From assembly GCF_018350175.1 (NCBI RefSeq), contig NC_058368.1, positions 66,404,001 to 66,468,000 of the forward strand: a DNA stretch of 64,000 nucleotides, read 5' to 3'. The translations under genes and the position numbers were made by a program. Shown one piece after another: positions 1 through 12,834 of this stretch (positions within the stretch are counted from its first letter, which is position 1; each line of letters begins with the position of its first letter). Below the pieces are notes generated by a model. The model was given only the letters and a program-made list of their open reading frames with translations. It had not been told where the DNA came from and made no database searches. Source of the stretch: Felis catus. Taxonomy: Eukaryota.

Positions 1-139
1 TATTGGATTAGAGCCCACCCTAATGACTCCACTTTTACCTGATTCTGCAACAACCCCATTTCCAAATAAAGTCACACTCACAGGTACTGTGGTTAGGACT
101 TTGACATCTTATGGGAAGGACAAAATTCAACCCACAACA
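1..139 (-). mobile_element. MaLR LTR (MLT1-type) fragment
   Basis: attggattagagcccaccctaatga...ccaaataaagtcaca...attcaacccacaaca, typical of an MLT1 end. Confidence 0.75.
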
Positions 140-924
140 GCGTCTATAGATAATACTTGCTGAGATTAATGATAACTCTGATAGTTGCAGAATGGTGATT
201 TTTCTGTCAGTCTTTCAACATTTATTAGTTGGCTTTTGGGGGTTGTGTTTTCATATAATCGATAAATAGAATGTACATCCACCTATGGCTGTATAGAAAT
301 GGCCACATGTCTTTCAAACAAAAAATAAAAAACAAATATCAACGTGCACCCACACTTGTGCCCCAAATGGCAGCAGAAAAGGACAGGCTCTCATGGCAAA
401 TGTCCTTACCCAGTCAGATTGGCTGGCAGGAGAGCCAGGGGTTAGGGGAACCCATGGACCAAAGTCAGCATGAATGGCAGAAATCAGAGAGTGCAGGTCT
501 TAGGCCATCCTAAACCATGGCTGTGTGTAAGCTACTTCTTGGAATGTCATTGCTTATGGGTTCTTTTCATGCTCCAGAACAAAAGTAACATGGGGGTATG
601 TACCGGGTTCTCAGATTCAGTACTCTGGCCATCTTTAGCGCTTTCTGGATAGGCAGACATTTCTCAGTACTGAAGCCTCAGTCATCATCAGAATCACAGA
701 TAAGCAAGGGCCAAAGACCATATAAATCTGGAACTACTGAGAAACATGACTGGGACAGAGATCTGATATTCCTTTGTGTTCATTCTTAAACCTGACAAAA
801 GAGCTTTGGAATTTTTTGTAAAACGCTATACTTCATCCATAGTAAACATAGAATAATTTATTTCCAAAGGCTATTGACCTCAAATATATAAATCTCAGTG
901 GTTGTCCCTTCTACGATGCTGTGT

Positions 925-1349
925 GGGTGTATGCTGAAGCTGCTGTATCAACATGACACAGACAAGGTGGCTTAAAGAACAGTAATTTATTGTGTCATGG
1001 CTCTAGAGGTTAGGTGTCCAAAACCAAGATGGCAGAAGGATTGGATTTTCCTGAGGCTGTGAGGGAAGGTTCTTTTCCAGGTCCCTCTCGTTGGTTATAG
1101 GTAGGTTTCTTCTTCCTACTTCTCTATGCATTGTCTTATCTTTAGGCATATCTCTGTGTCCAACATTTCCCTTTTTACAAGAGCATCAGTCATAATGGGT
1201 TAGGGCCATCCTAATAACCTCTTTGTAACTCCCTTGCCTCTGAAAAAAGAAAAAAAAAAAACCTACGTCCCAACAAGGTCACATTCTGAGGAACTGAGGG
1301 TTAGAACGTCGGCATATAATTGGGGGGGCACGTAATTCAACCCTTAACA
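925..1349 (-). mobile_element. MaLR LTR (MLT1-type)
   Basis: gtggcttaaagaacagtaatttatt...aaggtcacattctgagg...attcaacccttaaca. Confidence 0.75.
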
Positions 1350-2033
1350 GATGCATTTCAACCATCCATAGACTTTCCTAATGTTTACATGGGCAGAATA
1401 GAAAGTCAGGGGTGTGACTGCATGAAACTAGATGTTAATTATGGAACCAAAATGGTACTGAATCCCTGTCTTTACCCTTTCTGCAGGTGAAAAGTCAGTG
1501 CTGAGCCTGAAAACAGGAAAGATGGGGTTACTAAGCTTTTTCCTGCCATCCATCCATAGGGCTGTGGATTTTACACTTACCTGTATTTGGAATGACTCTT
1601 CTCTTCTGGCTGTAGAGATTTTTAAGTGGGTTTGCGTTGCCAGTCACCATCCAAGAGTGCACTATATGGACCTGTCAATTGGTTAAGAGCGGAGGTTACC
1701 AGCAGTCGAATTAGTGACAATATTTATTTCTTACAGAAACAAATAGACCGTTGGGAAAAGCATTTTATCTCTTGGTGCATTGTTTCAGTGCATTTATGTG
1801 ACATCCGAGCAAATGAATTCTAAAGAATATGTTTAGGGAATTTGCAGGGGGGAATACCTATTTCTCCCAGCCAGAGAGGGACCCGGAGCCAGTTGAGATG
1901 CTTCGCAAGTTTTTAATTCAAAGCATGGGAGGACAGAAAAGATGGAAAACAAAAAGCCAATTACCTGAGAACTCTCTGCCAGAAGCCAGAGGAAGATTGA
2001 GGGAGGAGGTAGGGAGGCTTGCCTTCGCAATAA

Positions 2034-2324
<291 letters not shown>

Positions 2325-4887
2325 TGAGGGTGGCTCATGGTGCTACGGCTGGGGCAGTGCGCATCCAGCCCTGGACGCCTCCCCCGGCGCAACTCTGCAG
2401 GCCCGTTTATGCAGAACGCGACGGAGGGTGGAGGGACAAGGCGTCACTTAGCCACAGCTGTTCAGAGTGACAGGTTTGACGGGCACCTGGGAGCCCTTAC
2501 TCTCAAGGTGCCATTAAGCGTGGAATCCTCGTTCCGAATGCCTCGCCTCTGGACGAGGACAGAGGAATGGTGACAGATGCCAGGTTCCAGATATCCCGAA
2601 GCCACAAAGAGCCTTTTATGTTCGCTTAATGACTTTAAGACAGCAGAGCTATTTTTATCTGCAGCTACATTTGCACAGCTTTCTGTTTTTCCCATCACAA
2701 GCTAAACAGGAAGTCCGACTGTAATGTCTCTCACCCTTGGAGAAAAACAGTTTTTGATGTGCTCTTTGGAAGGGAAAGGGAAAAAGAAAATGACCAAGGG
2801 ACAACCAGGCAAGTGTCCTCAGAGGTTCCCTGCCTCGAAAAGTCCCACTGGAACCTCCTGATGAGAGATGGCTCTGTTCCCATCCTGCCACTCGGCTGCC
2901 CAGTGCTGCTGCCACTTGATACGGAATTTCTGAATTTCTTAATTCAGGCCAGAAATAGGGTTGGCCCGAGTTTTCATAGGGTGGAGGAGTTGGACAGGGG
3001 AACCGGCTGGGAGTTGGCAAGTAGGGCAGGACACCGGGAGAGGAGGCTGCCGGAGCACGCCTCAGCGGGGCTGCAGGTGGGCAGAGCATCTGGTAAATTG
3101 GACTCAAGGAATCTTTGGGGATTGACCAGCAGGTGGAGAAGTTAAGAGGGGGGTCTGTTCTGCGCCTTCGTGGGTGTTTTCAAGCATATGAAGCAGCTGT
3201 GATCAAAAGGAAACAGGAAGGTACAGGGATATTAAGTTCAGAAGCAGCTGCAGAAGGTAAGCAGGGGTGCAAGTGAGATGCTCATTAGGTGCTATTTCTC
3301 ACACTGCTGAGTGGAATTTTTTAAGCATCTATTGGTAATGATATTATTAGCCATACTAGGGAGAGCTTCGCGAGGCAAAAACAAGACAGCTATGGAAAGA
3401 GCCGTAATCATTTCAAGTTGCTCCAGAATATCAATATCCAAAATTTAGATCATGAGCGTAGACAGGTATTTGTCTACGGTATCAACAACATGCCCCTCGA
3501 AAATGCTTTAGTAATTTACCATTGTCCAGCCTTGTAGGAAGGAAACCTTTGGCCCGAAAAATTCAGCTGTGAAATTGAACAGTTTCTAATGTGTCTTTTC
3601 CTAATGATTGTACAGAAAGACACTGTAAAGGATGACCAGATGGCCTAATGAATAAAGTGGTTGATTTTCTGAACTGCTCTGTTACCCATCTGTGTTTACC
3701 TTTCAGCCTTGGCCGAAATGAAGGCTGTGTTTTGAACTACATTCCCATGGTTACACAGGTTGCTGGCTATTAGTGCATCCACAAAAAGAAATATAAAGAA
3801 CTGTTACAGGTGGGAATTGGGGAGGGGACTATATACACTCCATCAAGAAAATGAATGGGGACAATGATGACCATTAAAGTCAGAGCCAGGGGAGAGCGGG
3901 TTCAGCTGAATTTCTCGTGCAGATCAAGAATGCAGAAGGGTAAATGATTAGGCTAAGGTTGCCCAACTAGCAAGGGTAAAAGCTGGAAATCTCCCAAATC
4001 CAAGCCCAGTATTCTTTTCACGTCAATATCCTGACTCTAAAACAAATGGCTGCTAAATATTGTTCTCCCCCTTCCCAGGTTAAGAGAACAAATGAAACAG
4101 ATCCTTAGCTCTATAAAAGATTTAGTGGATCTACATTCATTCATTCATTCATTCACTCATTTCCTCAGTCCATCAGCAATGTTATTGAGCACTCCCTCTG
4201 CCCAGGCGCTGTGCAAGGCTCCGTGAATTAAGTGTTATATGACATCAGTGATGTCTGTCAACCAATGAAAAGCACAGTGGCTGGAGACAGGACCGTGGAT
4301 TTTGGAATGTCAAGGACCATACTGTTGCACTGTAGGTTTGGGAAAGGACCACACAGGTGGAGAACCACCCCAAGCAGTACTTAGGGACCAGATTTGAATT
4401 TTATCCTTAGGTCAATGGGATCCCACTAGGGGACTGTATGCAGGTAAGGGAAATTGTGAAAATTAATGCAATAAAATCATTTGCAAGGATATTCCAGAAC
4501 CTAACCCAGTATACTATTTTTAAAAAATGAGGCTGTCAGATATTTGTGACTCAAATTATCTTCTCATTGAAAAATTAAAATTTCATAGTTTCTTTTAGTT
4601 CCTTTTTAAAAATTCTTCCACTGCAATGAAATCTTAATAACTTTATATTTAATACCACAGTAAGTAGATAACCCTAAAGACTTGTTGAATTACATTTAAT
4701 TGAAGCTTTGCTCTCATTCTCACCCAAATATTAATTGATGTAGAACATATGAGAGATTTTTTTTTAATTCCACTGAACTATTTTGTAAGTTGAAAAATCC
4801 ACTTGTAATGCAGATAATAACTATTTTTCCCTACATTTGAAGTATGGATTTTCAGGTGATAGGGCTTCTTAACAGTTTTGTAGGAAA

Positions 4888-4890
<3 letters not shown>

Positions 4891-4950
<60 letters not shown>
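4891..4950. repeat. (GAAA)15 tetranucleotide microsatellite
   Basis: Perfect run read directly from the sequence. Confidence 0.97.
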
Positions 4951-4951
<1 letters not shown>

Positions 4952-5130
4952 TTATTCTTATCAAAGAACTTGGTTAAAAAAAAAACCTATCAACAAGTGT
5001 TAATGGATTATGGAACAGAGGTGCCTATTAGCCTCGATAGAGGTGGTAATGGTCTTGAGCTCCTAACTCAAGCCTGCTTGATGAGGCCACTGGCAACCCA
5101 GACATTTCTTCCTCTCTTTATGTTTTTCTG

Positions 5131-5320
5131 AAAATTTTTAATGGTTTTTATTTATTTTTGAGAGACAGAGTGCAAGTGGGGGAGAGAGGCAGAGAGAGGA
5201 GACATAGGATCCAAAGTGGGCTCTGTGCTGACAGCAGAGAGCACGATGTGGGGCTCGAACTCACGAACCATGAGATCATGACCTGAGCCAAAGTTGGATG
5301 CTTAACTAACTGAGCCACCC
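5131..5320 (-). mobile_element. Can-SINE (feliform)
   Basis: Reverse tRNA-derived head, (GA) tract and T-rich tail. Flanking ctttatgtttt TSD. Confidence 0.9.
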
Positions 5321-5626
5321 TTTATGTTTTGTCCATGTGACGCCTATAGCCACATGCTTCCTTGCATACCATTTCCTTGGCCCTCTCATCCTAAGTATTT
5401 GACCCAACTTGTCTTCCAACACCCATATTTCTCCTGGCTGTTTTTGAACACCACTCCACAGCTCTCTCCCATACTTCCTTGATTTAGGAGCATAACTATT
5501 TCCCATGTTAACATTTCTGAAATCAAAATGACAACTACCATGGATATGTCCATTTCCTCCAGTGTGTCATATTTTCCTGAATAGCCATTACTAAATGAGT
5601 GGCACCTGTTGACATTGATGATGACT

Positions 5627-5859
5627 TTATTTTTTATTAAGTTTTATTTATTTTGAGAGAGACAGAGATAGTGCAATTGGGGGAGGGACAGAGAGAGGGA
5701 GAGGGAGAGAGAGAGAAAGAAAGAGAGAGAATCCCAAGCAGTCTCCATGCCACCATCACAGAGCCCAACATGAGGCTCAAACCCACCAAGCTGTAAGATC
5801 ATGACCTGAGCAGAAACCAAGAGTCAGAGGCTGAACCAAACGAGCCACCCAGGTGCCCC
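5627..5859 (-). mobile_element. Can-SINE
   Basis: TSD gacattgatg(a/c)tgacttta at 5611-5629 and 5860-5878. Confidence 0.92.
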
Positions 5860-6247
5860 GACATTGATGCTGACTTTAAATAGAAAGAGCAAGATACACA
5901 TAGATGTGGCTGCTATGGCAGCTGCTGGGTGAATCTGCTGTATTCAGATAATGGCCAAGGGTCTGGGCGCAGTGGCTCCTCTAGAATAAGAACACCCCCC
6001 TTCATCTTCCTGCTCCCACCCTGAGTCATTGCTGGCAGATCTCACTCTGCTTCAGTAGCTAAGCAGGTCTGGAAACAGGAGGTGAGCTAGAGGGAAGAGA
6101 CTGTGCCCTTCAAGGGGAGGAAAATGCCGGTGTGCCAACGTCCTGTCAGCACTTAAATCTCCATTCTGTCAGAAAGACTGGTTCCCTGCTTCCCTTTCCC
6201 TTGCCAATGTTTCGGCACAATTTAAAGACCAGGTTGTAAATTCTAAA

Positions 6248-6550
6248 GCAGTTCTTCTCAAATGTTACTGTGCCGGTAAAATTCTTGGGGCACGTGGGAA
6301 AAACACAGATTCTGACTCAGTGAGTCTGGACTGGGACCTGAGATTCTGCATTTCTAACAAGCTTCCCGGGGATGCCGTGTTGCTGATTCAGGGACTGCAC
6401 TTTGAGCAGTGAGGCTTTAAGACAGAGTTGCCAAATTTGGCACAGAACACCAGACACCAAATGGAATACACTTATGCTAAAAAAAGGATTCACTGCTTAT
6501 CTGAAATTCAGATTTAACTGGCAATCCTGTAGTTTTATCTGGCAGCCCTA
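6248..6550. mobile_element. Adjacent hAT MITEs (MER5-like, then MER53-like)
   Basis: cagattctgactcag...gacctgagattctgcatttctaacaagc, followed by cagagttgccaaat...atctggcagccct. Confidence 0.65.
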
Positions 6551-6974
6551 CTTTAAGCCCCTATTAACATGTAAGATACTCCCTTTTTCAGTTCACGCAC
6601 ACACCTCCGGGAGCATGTTACGATTTGTTGTTTTCTCTTTGCCTCCACGCATAGCCCTGATGTTTCCTTTAATGGGGCTTTCCTTATATTAAAAACAACA
6701 ACAGCAACCGGGCCAAGGAGGTCACGTGGCTCAGTTGTAACGTCAGTCGCTGAAGGTAACAGGAGCACAGGCCAGGTTGAAGTCATCTCGACAATGAATA
6801 GCTTAGGCTTAACCTGCGCATCGGAGAGAATGTTAAGTTGGAAATGCTACACAGCCTTCACAATGCAGGGTATTGTCCACACAAAGCCCTGGTCTCCGAT
6901 GAAATGCCCTGTGGGCTAAGGATGGGTACTTTGATTCCCTGGCCGGTACTTGACTCGATTAATGCCTTCATTCA

Positions 6975-7305
6975 TGCTGCTAAAACAGACACATCATGGT
7001 CTGGGTGGCTGACGCCGAAACTTATTTCTCGTAGTCTGGAAGCTAATAGGTCTAGACCAGGGTGCCAGCAGAGTTGGGCTATAGTGAGAGCCCTCTTCAC
7101 GGCTTGTAGAGAGCTGCTTTCTCTCTCTGCCCTCCCATGGCAGAAAGAGGGTTCTGATCTTTTCTTCTTCCTCTAAGGGCACTAATGCCATCATGGAGGT
7201 TCTACTACCTTCCCCCTCACCTAAACCTAATCACCTCCCAAAGGCCCCACCTCCTAATACCATCACGTTGGGAGTTGAGGGGACACAAGCATTCCGTCTA
7301 CAGCA
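6975..7305 (-). mobile_element. MaLR LTR (MLT1A-like)
   Basis: cttatttctcgtagtctggaagct...taatcacctcccaaaggccccacctcctaataccatcac. Confidence 0.75.
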
Positions 7306-9839
7306 GTTAGTACTCAGATTCGCATCCTCCTTTGCTAGAACGGCTAGCAAAGAATTTTCCTCAGAATTCTCAGCAGTGTCTGCCACTCAAGAAAAGCAGC
7401 CTAGGAGGCATCTTCAGTGACCGATGGGAAAGCAAGTGTGCAAATGTAACTTCTTCCATTTCTCACTTACCTAAGCAAATTCCTAGAGAGCAATGAGAGA
7501 CGATGCAGCCACACTGACTCAACTCAGACAAATAGGAATTGAAAGGAAGTTAGTAAGTAAGGGAGGAAAATCAATAATAATCTAGAGGTCCACGCGGGAA
7601 AACAGTAAAGCGTCGTTGTGCAGGTTACAAATCTAGGCCTCCTAAAGTTCCCAGAGACCCTGGGAGGACATGTGCGGCCATCTGTCACCCCTGAGAAGGG
7701 CACTGTGGGCAACCGGGTGGCGGGGGCGAGCTGGGGGCACAGGAGCTGGAGGAGAGCGACAAGATGGAGACAGGAAAGAATGGGCTCAGCAGGCGATAAA
7801 ACTTGTATATGGTTAGCATATGCAGGCTGGAACTTTCCACGTAGCAGCCACAGAAAAAATAAAACCCTCGTGGTGTTCCTCTAGGCTCTTACTTTGGGCT
7901 CCTATAGAGGCAAATTCTTACTTTTTTGAGACCATAGCTATGTCAAATTACATCATCTGTATCTTCCTTAAGGATTGTTTCCACTTCATGGGGATCGTTT
8001 TTCTAAGGCCATAGGAGTTAAGAAGGAAAGATTAGCATGGGAGGTGGTGGGAGGAGCCAGAAGAAGGCAACAAAATGTGAGAGAGGCCAGTCTCAACAGC
8101 ACATGGAGTTCATGATGGGACACGTGTTGTTTCAGAATCGCCAGGGTTTCTGCAGTCATTTCCGGATTCCTCCCGCCCCCCCCCCCCGCCCCCTCTTAAA
8201 ACTACCCCGCAGCTTCCTGCTGCCCCTCCTTGTAAGCCGTTGTCTAGCCCTCAGTGTCTAGCGTTCCTGAAAGTGCCTTCCGGAAGGAGGCAAACAAAAT
8301 CCTGGCTGAGGACGAGGATTGATTGGATCGGTTGAAAACAGAGCATTGCGGGGAGCCTGTGCTGGTTTTTAAGGCCCCCGGTCCTCGCAAAAATAACTGG
8401 GTCCCCAAGGAAATCTTTCCTCGGGCCGGGAGGTAAATACAGTAAATTGTAAGAAATAGGAAACCTAGAGAAATCTAGAAAACAGATCAGTCACTCTCAC
8501 CAGCCACCGAGTGGATTGACTAAGCCAAGAAAATAGCAAGTCATGACTGGGTACACTTGAGCAGATGCAAGCGGGATGAAATGATGCATGGTGATGAGAA
8601 ATGTGTCAAAGACAGTGACCTGGCAGATCTGGCAGGACAATATTGTTTTAGTCTGATTGCAGAATATGCCCCAAAGCACTCTAGCTGCATTTTAAAGAAC
8701 TGTGAGTATCTGATGTATACCCAGCCAGGCAACCACGTCAGGAAGGTGGGAAGTCTGTCTGGGGAGAGAACTGGAGACTGTCACACCCAGCATTCCCGGG
8801 CATGCACCTCCCTTCTGTGCACACCTGGGAGGAAAGACCCCTTGAAGTCTGACTCTCCTGGGGGAGGGGGGCGCTGCATGCACCTCCCACAAGTGGTACA
8901 AAATGCAGCTGCAAATACCAGGAAAGGAGCATGTTGCTGTCAGCCGCTCAGCAGCCCTGACACCTGGCACGAGGGCCTTTTGTCTTGTGCACACTGGAGT
9001 CCGCTGCCTCTGGTTCTACGAAGGAAGAATGGATAAGAGGGAATCTTGCCAATGAGCAAAGAGGCCAAGTCCAAGAACGTAGCTTCTACTCGCTGCTGCA
9101 GTCAGTGAGCTGTGTGTCCTTCAAGGGTCCCCGGTTTCGTGTCATGCGTTCTCCAGCTAGAGGAAAGCCACAATGAATCATTCTTCTGTACAGGAGTCTA
9201 GGCTTTAAAAGTCCCAATTCTGACAGTCCCTGGTTGACTCAGTCAGAAAAGCATGTGACTCTTGCTCTTGGAGTCATGGGTTCCAGCTCCACATTGGATG
9301 TAGAGATTACCAAAATAAATAAATAAGCCTAAAAGTCCAAATTCTCCTGCCATCAGACATTCCTATGAAACAAGCCTGGCATGGGAAAAGCCATGTTAAC
9401 AATTTAATTTTCCTAAGAATGCATTAGAATTGTGTAGTATGTTAGATTTTTAAGCATTTTCATATACTTTCACTCAATATGTCAGTTTATGGAACAAATA
9501 AGGTAAGTATTATTCATGTAAATATAAAATATATAATCATATAAAGTAGCTTAGTCACTTGCCCACGATCACACTGCTGGGTCCCAAAGGATCTCGGGTC
9601 CTAGGTCAGTCTCTGCACCTCTGACCGTATTTCAGGGTCACGTCCCATTGAAATACCTAATGTCATAGACAACTCTAGCTTAGCAGCCTTCAAGAATGTC
9701 TGAACCCACTTTAGTCATAAAGTCACAGTATGCTTTGAGTAATTTCACTTTCCAGTCAAAACAAAAACAAAAACAAAAAAGGAAAGGGGGAAAGGAAACT
9801 ATATCAAGAACTTCAGAAAAGTTACACTTAAAACTGAGA

Positions 9840-11165
9840 TTTTTTTTTTAAATTGTGGTAAAATATACATAACGTAAAATGCAGCATTTTTACCACCTTT
9901 AAATGTAACAGTTCAGTGGCATTAAGTACATTCACATTGTTGTACCCCATCACCACCAACCATCCACAGGACTTTTTCCTCTTCCTACACTGAAACCCTG
10001 AATCCATTAAAGACTCGTTCCCCACTCTTCCCTCTCCCACCTCCTGGCAGCCACCATTCTGTTTTCTGCCTCTCTGAATTTGACTACTCTAATTACCACA
10101 TATAAGTGGAATTGCACAAGATTTGTCTTTTTGTGTCTGGATCATTTCACTTAGCGTGTCTTTAAGGTACACACATGCTGTAGCGCATGTCGGGATTTCC
10201 TTCCTTGTTCAGGTGGAGTGGACTGTACATATAGACCACACCTGGGTACCCATGCATTCGTTGATCCACTCATGGGTTGCATCCATCTTTTGGCTATTGT
10301 AAATAATGCTGCTACGAACAGAGGCATAGCGATCTCTGTTCCAGTACTTGCTTTCAATTCTTTCAGATTGAAAATTCCAGAGGTGGAATTTCTAGATCAT
10401 ATGGGAAGTCCGATTTTTCAAAGAACCGCCATACTGTTTTCCAAAGCGCTGAACCATTTTGCACACCCTATACCAAACACAAGAATTCCAATTTCTCCAT
10501 GTTCCCAAGCCTATGGATGGTAGCAACTTCAGTCAGGAATGCCAGCTCTGCTGGCCTCGTCACACATCGCTCACAACAGGCTCCGTAGACATTTCCGCAA
10601 CCAGCGCCCCTATTTATGGCTGGGTCAGCTCTTGTGGTTCTTATTATGATCACAGGATGCACTTCAGCAAGACACCATCAGGGAACTTTGAGGAACAAGA
10701 TGTATTACGACCTGGAGAGGGCATGGCATGCTCAAAAGCCACACAGCAAGGTCAAGGGGAGTGGGTATGACCTTGGGCTTTACCTTCATTTGGATCTAAG
10801 TGTGGGGTGCCTGGAGTTTCTCAGGTTCACTGTTGATTGGCTAATTTACTAATGTAAAACCTATGTGTGGGAATTAGGGCATGGGAAGGGAGATGTGGGT
10901 CAGTCAAGCAGTGAGTTCTCCAGGTTTCTGAGGGCTTCCTGAAAGGGAACCTTCATGGGTGAGAGCAGTCTAGCCCCTTACCTGGTTGTTTTGCTAGTGG
11001 CTAGTGGCCGATATGTTGACTCAAGATACGTGTCTTTGAAATGGAGGCCTGGACAATCAAAAGCTTACGCTCCACTCTGCATCCTCACCAGCACTTGTTA
11101 TTTTCTGTTTTGTTTTGTTTTGTTTTGTTTTAAAATAATAGCCATTCCAAACAGATGTGAAGTTT
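9840..11165 (-). mobile_element. Old L1 (L1MB-like) 3' end interrupted by an LTR
   Basis: ttgtggtaaaatatacataac...gtggcattaagtacattcacattgttg. The L1 resumes after 11070 with catcctcaccagcacttgtta. Confidence 0.8.
10500..11069. mobile_element. Solo LTR (ERVL-like) nested in L1
   Basis: TG...CG(=CA) termini with a 5-bp TSD CTCCA at 10495-10499 and 11070-11074. Confidence 0.7.
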
Positions 11166-11211
11166 AAAACTTAGATTTGAAGAAAGCCTCTGAAAGAAGT
11201 TATGGGTACCA

Positions 11212-11502
11212 CAGGTTCACAATCCCTTCTCTGAGATCCCTGTGACCATATGTGTTTCTGAACTCGAAAATTTTTTTTAGATTTTTGGAAAAAAATCATG
11301 AGAGTGCATATACCATAGGCTGCAACTCGCAATCAAACACATTAAATTTCTGCAGCAAGATGTATTACTATTCCCACTACAGTGGGATAAGTGAAATGTA
11401 TGATTAGCCTCATTTCAGATCAGATCAAGTTTTACTAATAAGGAGATGACAGGAAAGAAGGAAAAAAAATTTTCAGAAATTTTTTCCAGACAAGGACCTG
11501 TA
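11212..11502. mobile_element. Tigger-derived MITE (MER46C-like)
   Basis: caggttcacaatccctt... to ...ggacctgta termini, with resemblance to the recalled consensus. Confidence 0.55.
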
Positions 11503-11646
11503 TTAACATTCTACTATTTCATAAGACTCTTAAACCCACAGGAATAAATGAATACATAGCTTAGAATTAGAACTTGCTGGCGAGACATGGATTGAATGCA
11601 GCTCATTTGTGACAACGAGCAGGACTGAATCCGCTTTTACCTTTCT

Positions 11647-11876
11647 TCTTTTTTAATTTTTTTAATGCTTTTTTTTTTTTTTGAGAGAGAGAGAGACAGA
11701 GTATGCATGGGGGAGGGGCAGAGAGACAGGGAGACACAGAATCCGAAGCAGGCTCCAGGCTCCGAGCTCCCAGCTGTCATCACAGAGCCCGACGTGCAGG
11801 TTGGACTCATGAATCACGAGATCATGACCTGAGCTGAAGTCAGACGCTTAACCGACTGAGCCGCCCAGGTGGCCCC
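11647..11876 (-). mobile_element. Can-SINE (SINEC_Fc-type)
   Basis: 16-bp TSD ccgcttttacctttct at 11631-11646 and 11875-11890. Confidence 0.93.
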
Positions 11877-12504
11877 GCTTTTACCTTTCTCTGTCCAGTG
11901 TGCCTTGTGTCAGGAGCAGGAGAAAGAAGCATCTGTCTTAAAAACAAACCCAGGCCAGCACCTGGGGACCCCAGCCCCCCCCCCCCCGCTTCCTGCCCTG
12001 GCTTCCACTTGGCTCCTGCTGACCCCACAGGGTACCACCAGGCTAACCTTCCTTACAGGTATCTCCCTTCTCAGACTTTTACTGGCTTTCAAATCCCATT
12101 AAGTCGTGAGAACTGTGTGTCCCTTTCCCCCACTGTGCAGCTCCTTATGCCAGAACAACCATCGGCATTAACGAGGTGATAAGAAATACAAATACAGGTA
12201 GGTTAACATGACTGTCCTCCTGGCAAGCACATTCATAGATCGACTGAAAGGAGTGATTTTGAACGGTGACAATGACAGGCACTGTGGCTGGCCAGTGGGA
12301 ACCTTCTGTAGTGTCAGGCAACAGAGGGTGACGGAGAGTGTCACCTCTGCCAGGAGAGCCCCAGCACAGAGCCTGAAGCCACCCACAAGGTTGAATGAAT
12401 AAGTGCCCCCCACCTGGCCAAATCCCTACGGGACTCTTTCACCCTAATCGGCTCTAACGTGTAGATGTAATCAAGGGGGCCTGTATCCACAATATGAAAT
12501 GAGA

Positions 12505-12834
12505 TGTGGTCTTAGCCCATTCGAGCTGCTGTAACAAAATGACACATCTGGGTAGCTTATAAACAACAGAGGTTTATTTCCCACACTTCTGGAGGCTGAG
12601 GTCCAAGATCATTGGGACACTAGCGTGGTTGGGTGAGAGTCCTCCTGTGGGTTGCAGATTTTCAGCTGTGTCCTCACTTAGAGGAAGGGTTGAGCTAGCT
12701 CCCTGGGGCCTCCTTCATGAGCTCTGCCCTCGTGACCTAATCCCCTCCCGAAGACCTCGCCTCCAGAAACTATTACTTTGGGCATTAGGTTTTTATGTGA
12801 ATTTGAGGGGAACACAAACATTCGGACCCTAACA
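12505..12834 (-). mobile_element. MaLR LTR (MLT1A-like)
   Basis: gctgctgtaacaaaat...ttataaacaacagaggtttatttc...cacaaacattcggaccctaaca. Confidence 0.78.

Noticed and set aside
2655..3145. Overlapping 150-aa and 128-aa ORFs after exon 7
   Set aside because: No recognisable domain or splice support, and expected by chance in GC-richer intron sequence.
8557..9036. 159-aa ORF
   Set aside because: Non-ATG start, no recognisable homology and no retrocopy hallmarks such as a poly(A) tail or TSD.
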